A stretch of DNA of 60,531 nt, taken from positions 1-60,531 of IMG/VR virus record IMGVR_UViG_3300005294_000016; one strand, written 5' to 3'. The notes beneath the pieces are model-generated. The model did no database searches. It was not told where the DNA came from and saw only the letters and a program-made list of their open reading frames with translations. The DNA is from a virus (lineage: Duplodnaviria; Caudoviricetes). Shown here in pieces: positions 1 through 8,619 of this stretch. Every line of letters begins with the position of its first letter. The first letter of the stretch is position 1. Both the position numbers and the translations under genes were made by a program.

Positions 1-125
1 GTGGTAATTCTGGTGTCGGGTAGGCGACAGAACACTTGGCGAATCCGTGTTTTCCCTGGACCCTGGTCTTGCACCGGTCACAGCGACCGGACAGGAGAGA
101 GGAAGTGGTGGGGATGGGGACGGTG
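1..125. repeat. Inverted repeat R1, copy at window start (identical to revcomp of 7801-7925)
   Basis: 125 bp exact match to revcomp 7801-7925; contains a hairpin (CCGGTC/GACCGG), the RBS AGGAGAGAGGA and the first codons MGTV. Confidence 0.97.
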
Positions 126-884
126 GAGCACAAGCTCAGCAAGGCACAGCGGGAAGCAATCGTGGCCATGGGTGACATGGGCATCATCCGTAGCAACCTT
201 GGTGGCGCCATGGGTGTTGACCTAGAGTGCCCCCCGGTAAACGGGCGTACCCTAGCGGTACTTGAACGCGAGGGTTACGCAATCCGCATCGGTCACGGAC
301 CGTGGCGCCTACGGCTTAAGGGTGTTCGGGAGTACGACCGACTGACCGGACACACTGCGGACAACGCGAACAAGGGTGCGGTGGACCCGATCGACGCGAC
401 CCCGGTTGAGTCGCCTCAGGTAGTGAAGGACTGTTTCGGCCGTGACGCCCTGGTGGTCACGGTTGATGGGCGCACCTACACCGTTACGTCCGTGGACGAG
501 TTCGGAGCCATCCGTACCGCCGAGGGTGCCACGGTCAACCCTGGCATGGTTGCCGAGCTTGACGCGGCGGTGTTCCAGTCGGGTCTGTGGGCTTTCGCCC
601 GCAAGGTGTCCTCCTCGTGTCAGGCACCTGCCGGAGCCGCCGATGAGATCAGCAACCTATCCCCGGGCGCGATCGAGATGCTTGGGGAGCTTGTGTTCGC
701 CGACCTCCGTGCCCGTGGGTACGACATCGTTGGCGTTGCGGCACCTGTCCCGACTGCCCAGGACGTCTCGGCGATGGTGGGCGACCCGGTGGGCTGGTTC
801 GCTGGTCTGATCGCTGCGCCGATCCGCACGAAGCTTGCGAAGCGTAAGCGGAAGGCGGGTAAGCGTCATGCGTTCGCGCGCTGA
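114..884 (+). CDS. hypothetical protein
   Basis: Long ORF with strong RBS inside R1; start moved to ATG 114. Confidence 0.75.
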   Translation: MGTVEHKLSKAQREAIVAMGDMGIIRSNLGGAMGVDLECPPVNGRTLAVLEREGYAIRIGHGPWRLRLKGVREYDRLTGHTADNANKGAVDPIDATPVESPQVVKDCFGRDALVVTVDGRTYTVTSVDEFGAIRTAEGATVNPGMVAELDAAVFQSGLWAFARKVSSSCQAPAGAADEISNLSPGAIEMLGELVFADLRARGYDIVGVAAPVPTAQDVSAMVGDPVGWFAGLIAAPIRTKLAKRKRKAGKRHAFAR

Positions 885-1017
885 TTGGGAGCGGTGGGAG
901 CGGGAGTTCAGGGGTGCTGAGCGGGTGTGGATCACCCGCGATGCGCGTACGCAGACGATTACGGTTTCTGACCAGTACGGCGGTATCGAAATCCGGACGA
1001 TGAAGGGCGGTAAGTGA
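868..1017 (+). CDS. small hypothetical protein
   Basis: Short ORF filling the gap; stop overlaps next start. Confidence 0.5.
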   Translation: MRSRADWERWEREFRGAERVWITRDARTQTITVSDQYGGIEIRTMKGGK

Positions 1018-1265
1018 TCATGGGAACTGTCCAGTACGTGCACAGGTGCGGGAATGGTCTCGGCGTGTCCGTGATCCCCGACCGTGAGCTATACGAGATC
1101 GCGGTGATCCACTTCTACGGGCCGGGGGATGACGATTTCGATCTGATCTATGACACGCCGATCACGGGCGATGTCCTTCGGGGACTGACGGTAGGAGAGG
1201 TCAACGAGGTCATTCGGCGCGTTGCGGAGCTTCCGCACCGTCCTTACGCACTGGAGAGTGAGTGA
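1014..1265 (+). CDS. hypothetical phage protein
   Basis: GTGA-coupled ORF; globular-looking sequence (GxGVSVI...LYEIAVI...TPITGDV). Confidence 0.75.
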   Translation: MIMGTVQYVHRCGNGLGVSVIPDRELYEIAVIHFYGPGDDDFDLIYDTPITGDVLRGLTVGEVNEVIRRVAELPHRPYALESE

Positions 1266-1609
1266 TCATGGGTAAGCGTTACGCGGCCGAGATCGAGTAC
1301 GTCAAGGGCGCGTACATGATCGACCTTACGGATGCCCTTTACGACGCGGGACACCCCGACGCTGACCAGGCGTACGCGGTCATGATGATCACAAAGAACA
1401 TGCTGGCCATGCGTGCCGAGATGGCACGTGACATTGCGTACATCGCCAAGTATTCGGCCCTCGCAGTCAGCGAGCCGGACAGTCTCCTGTCGTCGACGTT
1501 CGCCAGCGTCCAGAACACCTACTCAAGGCACGAGACAGCGGCCGCTGTGTGGCGTGAAGCGCTTGACTTTGCCGTCCTCCCGATTCAGCGAAAGAAGGTC
1601 CTGCCATGA
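1262..1609 (+). CDS. hypothetical protein
   Basis: Coupled ORF, RBS GGAGAG. Confidence 0.7.
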   Translation: MIMGKRYAAEIEYVKGAYMIDLTDALYDAGHPDADQAYAVMMITKNMLAMRAEMARDIAYIAKYSALAVSEPDSLLSSTFASVQNTYSRHETAAAVWREALDFAVLPIQRKKVLP

Positions 1610-1830
1610 GTTACGAAATGCTGCGCATGCTGGCGTCGGGCACCCTCGTTGCCTTGATCTACGGGGTCGGAATCGTGATCGCCGTGGGCATCAACGGCGG
1701 TCCCGTGATCGGTCCCGCACTGGCGGGGATCACCGCTCCGGTACGCCGTCCCAACCGGTCCACGGGACGTCACCGGGCGTCGGGGACGGCTAAGCGCATT
1801 CACGTGTTCGGGGGTGCCCATCGTGCCTGA
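1606..1830 (+). CDS. small membrane protein
   Basis: ATGA-coupled; N-terminal hydrophobic helix. Confidence 0.6.
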   Translation: MSYEMLRMLASGTLVALIYGVGIVIAVGINGGPVIGPALAGITAPVRRPNRSTGRHRASGTAKRIHVFGGAHRA

Positions 1831-2236
1831 GGAGCTTCCCCCGGTGGCTGAGTGCGTCACTCAGGTGTACTCCGATGACCAGGGAGGGTGGTGGCGCTAC
1901 TGCCTCACGTGTGATGACGGATCCAACAAGCACCGCCGTCACATCCGGGGACGCCAGGGTGAGAAGGACGCCCTGGTGTCGGCCCGCGATCACGCGGAAG
2001 CTAAGCGCAAGTACCGGATCATGTTGCGCGATTGGTTCATGTGGCGTGACGCGGTGATCGAAGCTACGGGCACCGGGGATTGGGATGCGTTCCTTGAGTT
2101 GGGACGCCAGCGTTTCCCGCGCAACTGGGCACCGGAACCGGTACAGGGTGCCGCCGAACGCGCCGAACGGATGCGTTTCGTTCACGAGCAGTACACAGCG
2201 ATTCGAGAGAGGGACACTCGGCAATGGAGATCCTGA
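1814..2236 (+). CDS. hypothetical protein
   Basis: Operon-packed ORF with a CxxC motif. Confidence 0.65.
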   Translation: MPIVPEELPPVAECVTQVYSDDQGGWWRYCLTCDDGSNKHRRHIRGRQGEKDALVSARDHAEAKRKYRIMLRDWFMWRDAVIEATGTGDWDAFLELGRQRFPRNWAPEPVQGAAERAERMRFVHEQYTAIRERDTRQWRS

Positions 2237-2676
2237 GTTGTGCCACGTGCGGACAGTTGGCGTTCCGTGGGCACGAGCACATGAAGCCCACGACGGTGCC
2301 CGGTACACACTGGGTTGACGCGTTCATGGCTTCGCGTGACTGCGGTTGGTCGCATGGTTGGGAGGTGCTGGGCATCGTTGAGCCGGGGGTGTTGGTGCAT
2401 CTGGCGTTGTCGACGGTGCTGCGTCACGGAAGCATCGAAGCTTGGCGACGTGACGGCATTCACGTGGTGCAAGCCAGCCTCGGATACGGGAACCGTGTCC
2501 ATACCCGTCATCGGGTGGGCTGGCCTCTGCGAGTCCTTGACGGTCACGACATCACGCCGGAGGGTTTGACGCTGGCAAGGCATCTGGCCAAGCATTCGGC
2601 GTCACAGATCAACCGTACGGACGTGGCGTACGTGTGGCGTCAGGCTGCCGGACTGTTGGGTGTCACGCTTCCGTGA
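2224..2676 (+). CDS. hypothetical protein
   Basis: Operon-packed ORF. Confidence 0.6.
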   Translation: MEILSCATCGQLAFRGHEHMKPTTVPGTHWVDAFMASRDCGWSHGWEVLGIVEPGVLVHLALSTVLRHGSIEAWRRDGIHVVQASLGYGNRVHTRHRVGWPLRVLDGHDITPEGLTLARHLAKHSASQINRTDVAYVWRQAAGLLGVTLP

Positions 2677-2850
2677 CGTTGCGGTGCTGGCAATGGCCGC
2701 TGTGCTGGTCCGCACCCAAGGTCGTTCACGGGGTCCGTGGACACCACGGGTACGGTTCGTGCCCTGATCATGCGGCGGCGCTGGTTAGGGCATTGTTGGA
2801 CACTCGCCCGTCAAGAGGACTGGTGAGTGAGGGGATCGAGAAAGGTGCGA

Positions 2851-3117
2851 ATGATGGGCCTGTCTGAGAACACGCGCGGCAACCAGTCTTCGGGGGGTGG
2901 TGTGGTTGCGTTGATCATGGCGTGTCTCGCCGTCGTGATCATCTTGTTGGTGATGCAGAACCACCGGGCACAGAACACCCCGACGCCGGTACCGTCCCCC
3001 TCCGTCTCGTTGTCGGCGACGTCGGAGGATGACGCATCCTGGTCTTGCCGCACCTCCGGCAACGGGCTGTGCGGGGACACGGACGTTTGGGTGTGGGGTA
3101 TCCGCTCGTTCGCGTGA
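2851..3117 (+). CDS. membrane-anchored protein
   Basis: TM helix, Pro/Ser/Thr linker, WSCxxxGNxxCG C-terminal motif; followed by a terminator. Confidence 0.7.
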   Translation: MMGLSENTRGNQSSGGGVVALIMACLAVVIILLVMQNHRAQNTPTPVPSPSVSLSATSEDDASWSCRTSGNGLCGDTDVWVWGIRSFA

Positions 3118-3127
3118 CCAGCACTTC

Positions 3128-3164
3128 AAGGCACCCCTGGGCACGTAGCCCAGGGGTGCCTTTC
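3128..3164 (+). terminator. intrinsic terminator
   Basis: AAGGCACCCCTGGGC/GCCCAGGGGTGCCTT stem followed by TTTCT. Confidence 0.8.
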
Positions 3165-3279
3165 TGTGTGCTGTCTGAGTCCGTGGGCTTCCGTTGTTGC
3201 CGGGGGGTACCTCGGGTATGGGTACGGAAAAATCTTGGCTCAGTTTGGCTCTCAGGGCGTTTTCGCAGGTCAAGGGCAC

Positions 3280-3293
3280 GGAAAGCGCTTTCC
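3280..3293. promoter_or_regulatory. LacI-type operator-like palindrome GGAAAGCGCTTTCC (copy 1)
   Basis: Perfect 14-bp palindrome, repeated at 3628-3641. Confidence 0.55.
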
Positions 3294-3310
3294 CCGATAT
3301 CCCATGATCA

Positions 3311-3324
3311 TGGGAGCGCTCCCA
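3311..3324. promoter_or_regulatory. CebR/CelR-type operator TGGGAGCGCTCCCA
   Basis: Exact match to the 14-bp actinomycete CebR/CelR box, within an 18-bp palindrome (3309-3326). Confidence 0.65.
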
Positions 3325-3379
3325 TGGGTAGCATGGGAAAACCCCCGACCCATGCAGGCCGGGGGTCAGGGAGTGCTGA

Positions 3380-3610
3380 TCACATGCCCCCGTGTCCGCC
3401 CTGGGGATTCCAGCGGTGTCGGTCGTACCAGCGGATCACGTCCGCCATGATCCAAATGGGTCCACTGGACACCTCCGCCCAGGGCGCCGGGAAGTCGGGG
3501 TAGCGCTTGCGCCAATTGGACACGGTCGCTCCGGTGACATGGAAGAAGCTCGCGATGTCTCCGGCGCCCGCAATGTCACGGGGCCGGGCGGTACGGTTGG
3601 CCTGACTCAT
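3380..3610 (-). CDS. AlpA/Xis-like helix-turn-helix DNA-binding protein
   Basis: DIASFFHVTGATVSNWRKRYPDFPAP...PIW...V..W pattern; RBS GGAGG. Confidence 0.75.
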   Translation of the reverse strand: MSQANRTARPRDIAGAGDIASFFHVTGATVSNWRKRYPDFPAPWAEVSSGPIWIMADVIRWYDRHRWNPQGGHGGM

Positions 3611-3627
3611 GATCTTCTTTCCTCCCT

Positions 3628-3641
3628 GGAAAGCGCTTTCC
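3628..3641. promoter_or_regulatory. LacI-type operator-like palindrome GGAAAGCGCTTTCC (copy 2)
   Basis: Immediately upstream of the RBS of the HTH gene 3380-3610. Confidence 0.55.
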
Positions 3642-3693
3642 GGTGTCTTGACCTTGGGAATGGGCGGGACCCCTGCCGGGGTCCCCGTGGTGT

Positions 3694-3858
3694 TCAGCGG
3701 GTCAGGTTCGCCAGCGTCACCTTGATTTCGTTGATCTTGCGCTCAGTCTGCGCCCGGAGGGGGTGGCCTTCGGGGCAGTCGATGATCAGTGCCTCCATGA
3801 GCTCTCGCGCATCGGCGAGCTTGTCGAGCAGGTCCCGCTCAATCTCCGTGTTCGTCAT
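3694..3858 (-). CDS. small helical-hairpin protein (54 aa, MTNTEIERDLL...)
   Basis: Translated by hand; strong RBS AGGAGAGAGGA and upstream promoter. Confidence 0.7.
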   Translation of the reverse strand: MTNTEIERDLLDKLADARELMEALIIDCPEGHPLRAQTERKINEIKVTLANLTR

Positions 3859-3903
3859 GTCCGTGATCCTCTCTCCTGGCGGGCTTCCTGCCCTCCTGTG
3901 AAC

Positions 3904-3932
3904 AGTCTACACGAGTCAACCCCCTATGCCAA
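3904..3932 (-). promoter_or_regulatory. sigma70-type promoter
   Basis: TTGGCA-N17-TAGACT on the minus strand. Confidence 0.6.
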
Positions 3933-4282
3933 CTGGGAAAACGGAGATCACGAGCCCGTGACCAGGACAAACGTAGACGTCCAAAAATTCCAGTGTCAGA
4001 TACCCGACAGAACTGTGTTCACATGGCCCGGTGGCTGGGAGGCGCCCTCAGATCCACGCAGGCGCATCGGACCCCCGTTTGCACCCAGGGACACCGGGGA
4101 TGCCGTGATCATGCGCCTACGGCGTTTCCGCAGGTCAGAAGCCATGGCCAAAACGGACACAAGGGATACCGGGCCGGTCGGCAAGCCAAGTGTCAGCTAC
4201 CCGACAAAACCAGACGACACAGCATCCTAGGAAGCCAGTCAGCAAGCATCCCAGCATCCTAGGATGCCATCCCTGACCAGGA

Positions 4283-4317
4283 AAAAGCCCAGGATGATCA
4301 TGTCACCCTGGGCTTTT
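4283..4317. terminator. likely bidirectional terminator
   Basis: AAAAGCCCAGG/CCTGGGCTTTT stem. Confidence 0.65.
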
Positions 4318-4328
4318 CGCTCACTCGG

Positions 4329-4499
4329 CTAGGACAGCCGTTCCGGATCCTCCCGCAGTTGCCGGGCAACCCTGGACACAGCCCACCGGATAGCCCCAGC
4401 ACGCGACATCCGAACCCCGGTAGCCTCCGACAGCATCCGTGCCACCTCCTGAACCTCCCGTTCCTCTGCCTCCGTCACGTCAAGATGCCACGTTGCCAC
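4329..4499 (-). CDS. ribbon-helix-helix-like DNA-binding protein
   Basis: Strand-helix-helix pattern with MSRAGAIRWAV; start uncertain. Confidence 0.55.
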   Translation of the reverse strand: MATWHLDVTEAEEREVQEVARMLSEATGVRMSRAGAIRWAVSRVARQLREDPERLS

Positions 4500-4863
4500 C
4501 AGGCACCCCCGCACGCTCGCAGTGTTCACACTCGTCATTGGGATCCCAGCCATCCGACCGGCAGGCGGGAACCAGGGACAGTTCCCCCATGTCCCATGAC
4601 CAGTACAGGCCCGACTCGGTCACGGACTGAAGATGATTCGTGGCCGCGTCGCACAGTTCGTGCACGTAATCGAACTCACTGAAGGTCAGTTCGGGCACGT
4701 CGCGCCGGAAACGGTCCACGATGTCGTGTTCGCTGTCTTCCATGGTGAACCCGTGGGCTTCCGCGAGGTCGATTGCGCGGTACTCGTTGTGCCAGCCCAT
4801 GTGACCGCTGAGGTAGCAGCCGGTATCGGCATCCGTGAAAACGATCTTCGATTCTTCCGTCAT
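4480..4863 (-). CDS. acidic hypothetical protein
   Basis: Asp/Glu-rich ORF, ATGA-coupled, RBS GGAGG. Confidence 0.7.
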   Translation of the reverse strand: MTEESKIVFTDADTGCYLSGHMGWHNEYRAIDLAEAHGFTMEDSEHDIVDRFRRDVPELTFSEFDYVHELCDAATNHLQSVTESGLYWSWDMGELSLVPACRSDGWDPNDECEHCERAGVPGGNVAS

Positions 4864-5294
4864 GCCCGTGCCTCCTCCCATGCGTCCACCAGCGCGTGAC
4901 AGAGCCGGTCGGCTATCTGATACAGGGCAATGGCCGCAGCCTCAGTGAGATCCTTCGGCCATTCCTCGCTGAACTCTGGCTCTTCCTGCCACGCCCCGAG
5001 GTCCGTGAACTGACGCCACCGCTCGAAGGTGTAGACGCTCGGGGCATCGTCGGCAATCTCGTGAAGCTGTCCCCTGTCGTTCCTGTCATCCTCGGTGATG
5101 TAGCCGCCCCGGATGCCCTCAACCACAGCATCCCGAACACGGGACAGGAACAGTGCCCCCGGTGTCCAACGCTTACGGTGCCGCGAACGTCCCTCGTCAG
5201 GTTCCGAGCAGCCTGCCAGTCTGGCAAGCTCGTAGGGATTGAGGGTCGTCAGGGCACGGATGCCCCTGACCGGCTTGATGCGCGTTTTGGCCAT
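4860..5294 (-). CDS. Ocr-like (T7 gp0.3-like) anti-restriction protein
   Basis: LHEIADDAPSVYT and KDLTEAAAIALYQ resemble Ocr IHMAADNAVPHYY and KDVIRILQARIYE; acidic C-terminal half. Confidence 0.55.
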   Translation of the reverse strand: MAKTRIKPVRGIRALTTLNPYELARLAGCSEPDEGRSRHRKRWTPGALFLSRVRDAVVEGIRGGYITEDDRNDRGQLHEIADDAPSVYTFERWRQFTDLGAWQEEPEFSEEWPKDLTEAAAIALYQIADRLCHALVDAWEEARA

Positions 5295-5297
5295 GGT

Positions 5298-6053
5298 CTA
5301 GTCCACTCCACTCTCGTTGATCGCCATCTGTCCGGGGGCCACGTGGCCCCCGATTTTCGCGCCCTCGTTGACCAGGACGGGCGCGAAATCCCGTGCCCTG
5401 TCTGCGATGTCCCCCCACACCACTTCCAAGCCGTTGTGCTCCGGATAGTTGCCGAACGCGCCAGCTGACATAGCCTCCCAGAAGAGGTCCTGTACCGTCG
5501 TGTCCCCGATGTAATCCCAGACATCGGCAGCCGGAGTGTCTTCCAACTCATGCCGAAGATCCCAAGCCATGTACCCCCAGGACTCTCCGATCTCGTCATG
5601 CTCCAGGGACGACATGTCGTCCTCATCGAAGACCGGGTACTCGGTCGCCAGCTTGCACAGGATATCCAGTAGGTCAGGACCGCACTCGGCATCCTCGGTG
5701 AACCACGTGCAGAAGACCCCCAGGGAGTCGACGTTCACATACGACACGTCCACCCATGGCACCTGCGGGAAGTCACGTCGCAGTGACCGATAGTTGGACC
5801 GGTGGACCGTGGACGTCTGCCCGTAGGCGTCCCTACCCCGGGCGACATTGCCTAGGCACACGTACGGGCGGAAGCGCGGGTTGTCGTAGGTGCCCGGGGT
5901 GGCCGAAACCTTGGGAACCCAGGATTGGGTCTCCCACTCCACCCATGTCGGAGGCAGATAGCCACGGTTGGCGGCGTCTGCCGGATCAGCCCAGCCCAGA
6001 TCGAAACTGGCGCCGCGTAGGCGCGTGATCACTTCGTCGAGTGTCAGGGTCAC
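5298..6053 (-). CDS. acidic hypothetical protein
   Basis: 251-aa ORF in a coupled operon. Confidence 0.75.
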   Translation of the reverse strand: MTLTLDEVITRLRGASFDLGWADPADAANRGYLPPTWVEWETQSWVPKVSATPGTYDNPRFRPYVCLGNVARGRDAYGQTSTVHRSNYRSLRRDFPQVPWVDVSYVNVDSLGVFCTWFTEDAECGPDLLDILCKLATEYPVFDEDDMSSLEHDEIGESWGYMAWDLRHELEDTPAADVWDYIGDTTVQDLFWEAMSAGAFGNYPEHNGLEVVWGDIADRARDFAPVLVNEGAKIGGHVAPGQMAINESGVD

Positions 6054-6355
6054 GACAACTCCTTGATCATGCAGTCCACGTACTCATGCGAGAAAAGATC
6101 CTTCATGGAAACCGACACCTCCGGCGACAGGGTGCCGTATTCCATGCCCCAAACGGACTCGTCACGCCCGGTTTCCTCGTCGACGACGACCAGCCCGACA
6201 TATTGCCATTCCTCCCGTTCCCAGGAACGGATCACCTCCGGGGTGTAGCAGTCGAAGTCAGTGGGCTGGTTGAGACTGTCGGCGTACACCTTGACCGTGA
6301 ACGCCCGACCGTCACGGATGATCGCCTTCGCATCAATCAAGGTCACAGAACCCAC
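6050..6355 (-). CDS. acidic hypothetical protein
   Basis: Coupled ORF; W.YVGLVV...ESVWGME pattern. Confidence 0.7.
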   Translation of the reverse strand: MGSVTLIDAKAIIRDGRAFTVKVYADSLNQPTDFDCYTPEVIRSWEREEWQYVGLVVVDEETGRDESVWGMEYGTLSPEVSVSMKDLFSHEYVDCMIKELS

Positions 6356-6534
6356 CCACGATCGACGTCGTAGCGCGCGTCACAGTCGTCACAGGTGACC
6401 GATGGGATTCCCCGATCACGGCGCATGCGGGCCACCGTATCCAAATCTTCCGGATGCACGTGCATCATGCCCGCAACCGGAGTGTGCCCGTAGGTCACAC
6501 AGTACGGCTCGAAATCGATGTCCGGAATGTTCAT
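6343..6534 (-). CDS. small Cys/His-containing protein
   Basis: CxxxGH...CxxC; RBS GGAGGG. Confidence 0.55.
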   Translation of the reverse strand: MNIPDIDFEPYCVTYGHTPVAGMMHVHPEDLDTVARMRRDRGIPSVTCDDCDARYDVDRGWVL

Positions 6535-6731
6535 CACTTCACGTCCCTCCAACCCTCAACGCCGTCCGCACCCCAACCGTAGACGGCCGTGGTCCCGTCA
6601 TCCTTGCTGAGATCCCGACGTTCCGCGCTCCAGCCGTTCGGGCTGGCGTTCGGCCGCAGACGGCTCTTGTCGTTCGCATCCGTATAGTCCGGCATGCGAC
6701 CGTCGTCACCCTTGCTCTTTGCCACGATCAT
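6534..6731 (-). CDS. hypothetical protein
   Basis: Coupled ORF. Confidence 0.5.
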   Translation of the reverse strand: MIVAKSKGDDGRMPDYTDANDKSRLRPNASPNGWSAERRDLSKDDGTTAVYGWGADGVEGWRDVK

Positions 6732-6937
6732 TTCCCTTTCTCGTGAAACTCGACATCCCCGGACACCTCATCGAAACAGGGTGCCATCTGGACATGATTG
6801 CGGAAGTAGCTCCGGACATCGGCTTGGACGTCGTCCGTGCCGTATGTGGTAGCCCAGTCGTCAGGATCGACCGTGACCGTCATGACGATTCGGACCTTCA
6901 CCGGTTTACGCACCCCAACCCCTACCCTCTCGCGCAC
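6728..6937 (-). CDS. hypothetical protein
   Basis: Coupled ORF; start uncertain. Confidence 0.55.
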   Translation of the reverse strand: MRERVGVGVRKPVKVRIVMTVTVDPDDWATTYGTDDVQADVRSYFRNHVQMAPCFDEVSGDVEFHEKGK

Positions 6938-7134
6938 ATGGCGTCAGTGATCATGTCGCCCACGGCTTCCGCCGCATCCTCGCGGTCCGTCACTCCGTGA
7001 TTGAGCATGTAAGCCGCAACCAGAAGATCACTCGCGGACACGTTACGGTCACGGGCGCCCCGCGACACGTACACCTCAACCAGTCCCGCCAGCAAAGCAA
7101 GCCCAGTCATCGCCATCCCTTCCCGTGCCACCAT
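6922..7134 (-). CDS. hypothetical protein
   Basis: ORF in the minus-strand operon. Confidence 0.5.
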   Translation of the reverse strand: MVAREGMAMTGLALLAGLVEVYVSRGARDRNVSASDLLVAAYMLNHGVTDREDAAEAVGDMITDAMCARG

Positions 7135-7183
7135 GGCACTTCCGCCACCCCCGGACATGCCGGGGATGACAGGAACGCCACGG

Positions 7184-7531
7184 TCACACAGTCTCGGCCA
7201 ACAGACGCTCAGATTCCCGCAGCACATCGGCCCACGTCTTACACGTGGTCCCGTAGTCGACGTTGAAGCCCTTGATGGTTGCCGTGAACACGCGCGTAAG
7301 GTTCATGCCCGTGGTTGCGCGCGTCCGGTACGCCCGAAGCCTCATGCGGTCCGCCACCTTACGGACGCCGTCCCCCGTGACCACCGCGTCAACACCCGTC
7401 GACTCCTGGGGGTCGATCTCCGGCACGTCCACCAGTACCTGACAGTCCAGACAGTACCGGTTGCCCCGATGCGTACCGGAAAGGTTCATCGTGTGCCCTT
7501 TGTGCTGCGCGTACGACTCGATGGTGCTCAT
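7184..7531 (-). CDS. hypothetical protein (HxGH...CxxC)
   Basis: RBS GGAGG before ATG 7531. Confidence 0.6.
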   Translation of the reverse strand: MSTIESYAQHKGHTMNLSGTHRGNRYCLDCQVLVDVPEIDPQESTGVDAVVTGDGVRKVADRMRLRAYRTRATTGMNLTRVFTATIKGFNVDYGTTCKTWADVLRESERLLAETV

Positions 7532-7620
7532 GATCACTCGCCTCCGAGTGCGAGAAAAACTGCCAGGACAACGACGCCAAGCGCCATGATCAAAATCTGA
7601 GGAACGGTCACGGAAACTCC

Positions 7621-7812
7621 CTAAGCAGCTGCGGGGGCAGCAACATCCGTAGCGTTCGCCCATGTGAACTCGCGGGTACGCTTGCACCCCTTACACGTAA
7701 CGGCACCCTTGTCCGCCGTCATGTGATATTCCAGACGGTAACGGCCACAAGATCCCTTGTGCGCGCCCTGAACAAGCTTCGCAGCCCCAGGGTGGTAGTG
7801 CACCGTCCCCAT
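7621..7812 (-). CDS. small Cys-containing protein (63 aa)
   Basis: Shares RBS and first 4 codons (MGTV) with gene 114-884 via R1; VTCKGC motif. Confidence 0.6.
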   Translation of the reverse strand: MGTVHYHPGAAKLVQGAHKGSCGRYRLEYHMTADKGAVTCKGCKRTREFTWANATDVAAPAAA

Positions 7813-7925
7813 CCCCACCACTTCCTCTCTCCTGTCCGGTCGCTGTGACCGGTGCAAGACCAGGGTCCAGGGAAAACACGGATTCGCCAAGTGTTCTGTC
7901 GCCTACCCGACACCAGAATTACCAC
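7801..7925. repeat. Inverted repeat R1, internal copy
   Basis: Revcomp of 1-125. Confidence 0.97.
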
Positions 7926-8619
7926 GGAGGTGCCACACCGCCACCACACATGTGCCACTGGTCTCCTGGACACCCCCCGGGGAGCATTGAAGTCCAGGGC
8001 ACGAGTCTGCCCTTTGGTGGTGGACGTCTGGCGCACCCGTTGCTCCGGTGCCATCAGGCGCCGCGCTGGTACGCGACACCGGGCACCGGGAATCCCGGCC
8101 CACCCTTGACCATGGGTTGCCCGAAGATCATGGCCGTACGTGGACTACAGGGTGTTGTGCCTGGTCACGGGCCTAAGGTGATCCATTAGCACAGAGCTGT
8201 GACCTGCGTAAACTCAAGGAACACCAGGTCAAGGGCACATCATCAACTCAGTAGAATATCGACTATGTTGTTGATCGATGAAGAACATAGTCAACCAAGC
8301 ATGATGATCAAGGAACCCAGAACCCCCCCCAACCCCTCCCAGACCCCCCAGGCAACGCAATTCGGACAATCCAGGCCCCGGAAGGCAAGGGAAGCCACAT
8401 CCCCGGTGGCCCGGAGGTCCTTCTGTCCTTGATCCGACAGTAATCATTGGCATCAATATTGGTGTACTGAACGGTAGTTCAGTTGATTCCCTAATTTTGT
8501 ATGCACACGCAACCTTATGGTTTCCAGACTTTCTGTACCCCCGCAGCGGTAACCTAGTGCACTACGTTGTGCAGTATGCAATAGTATGTCCGAATCATGG
8601 GCTATGCAATCATGAACCT

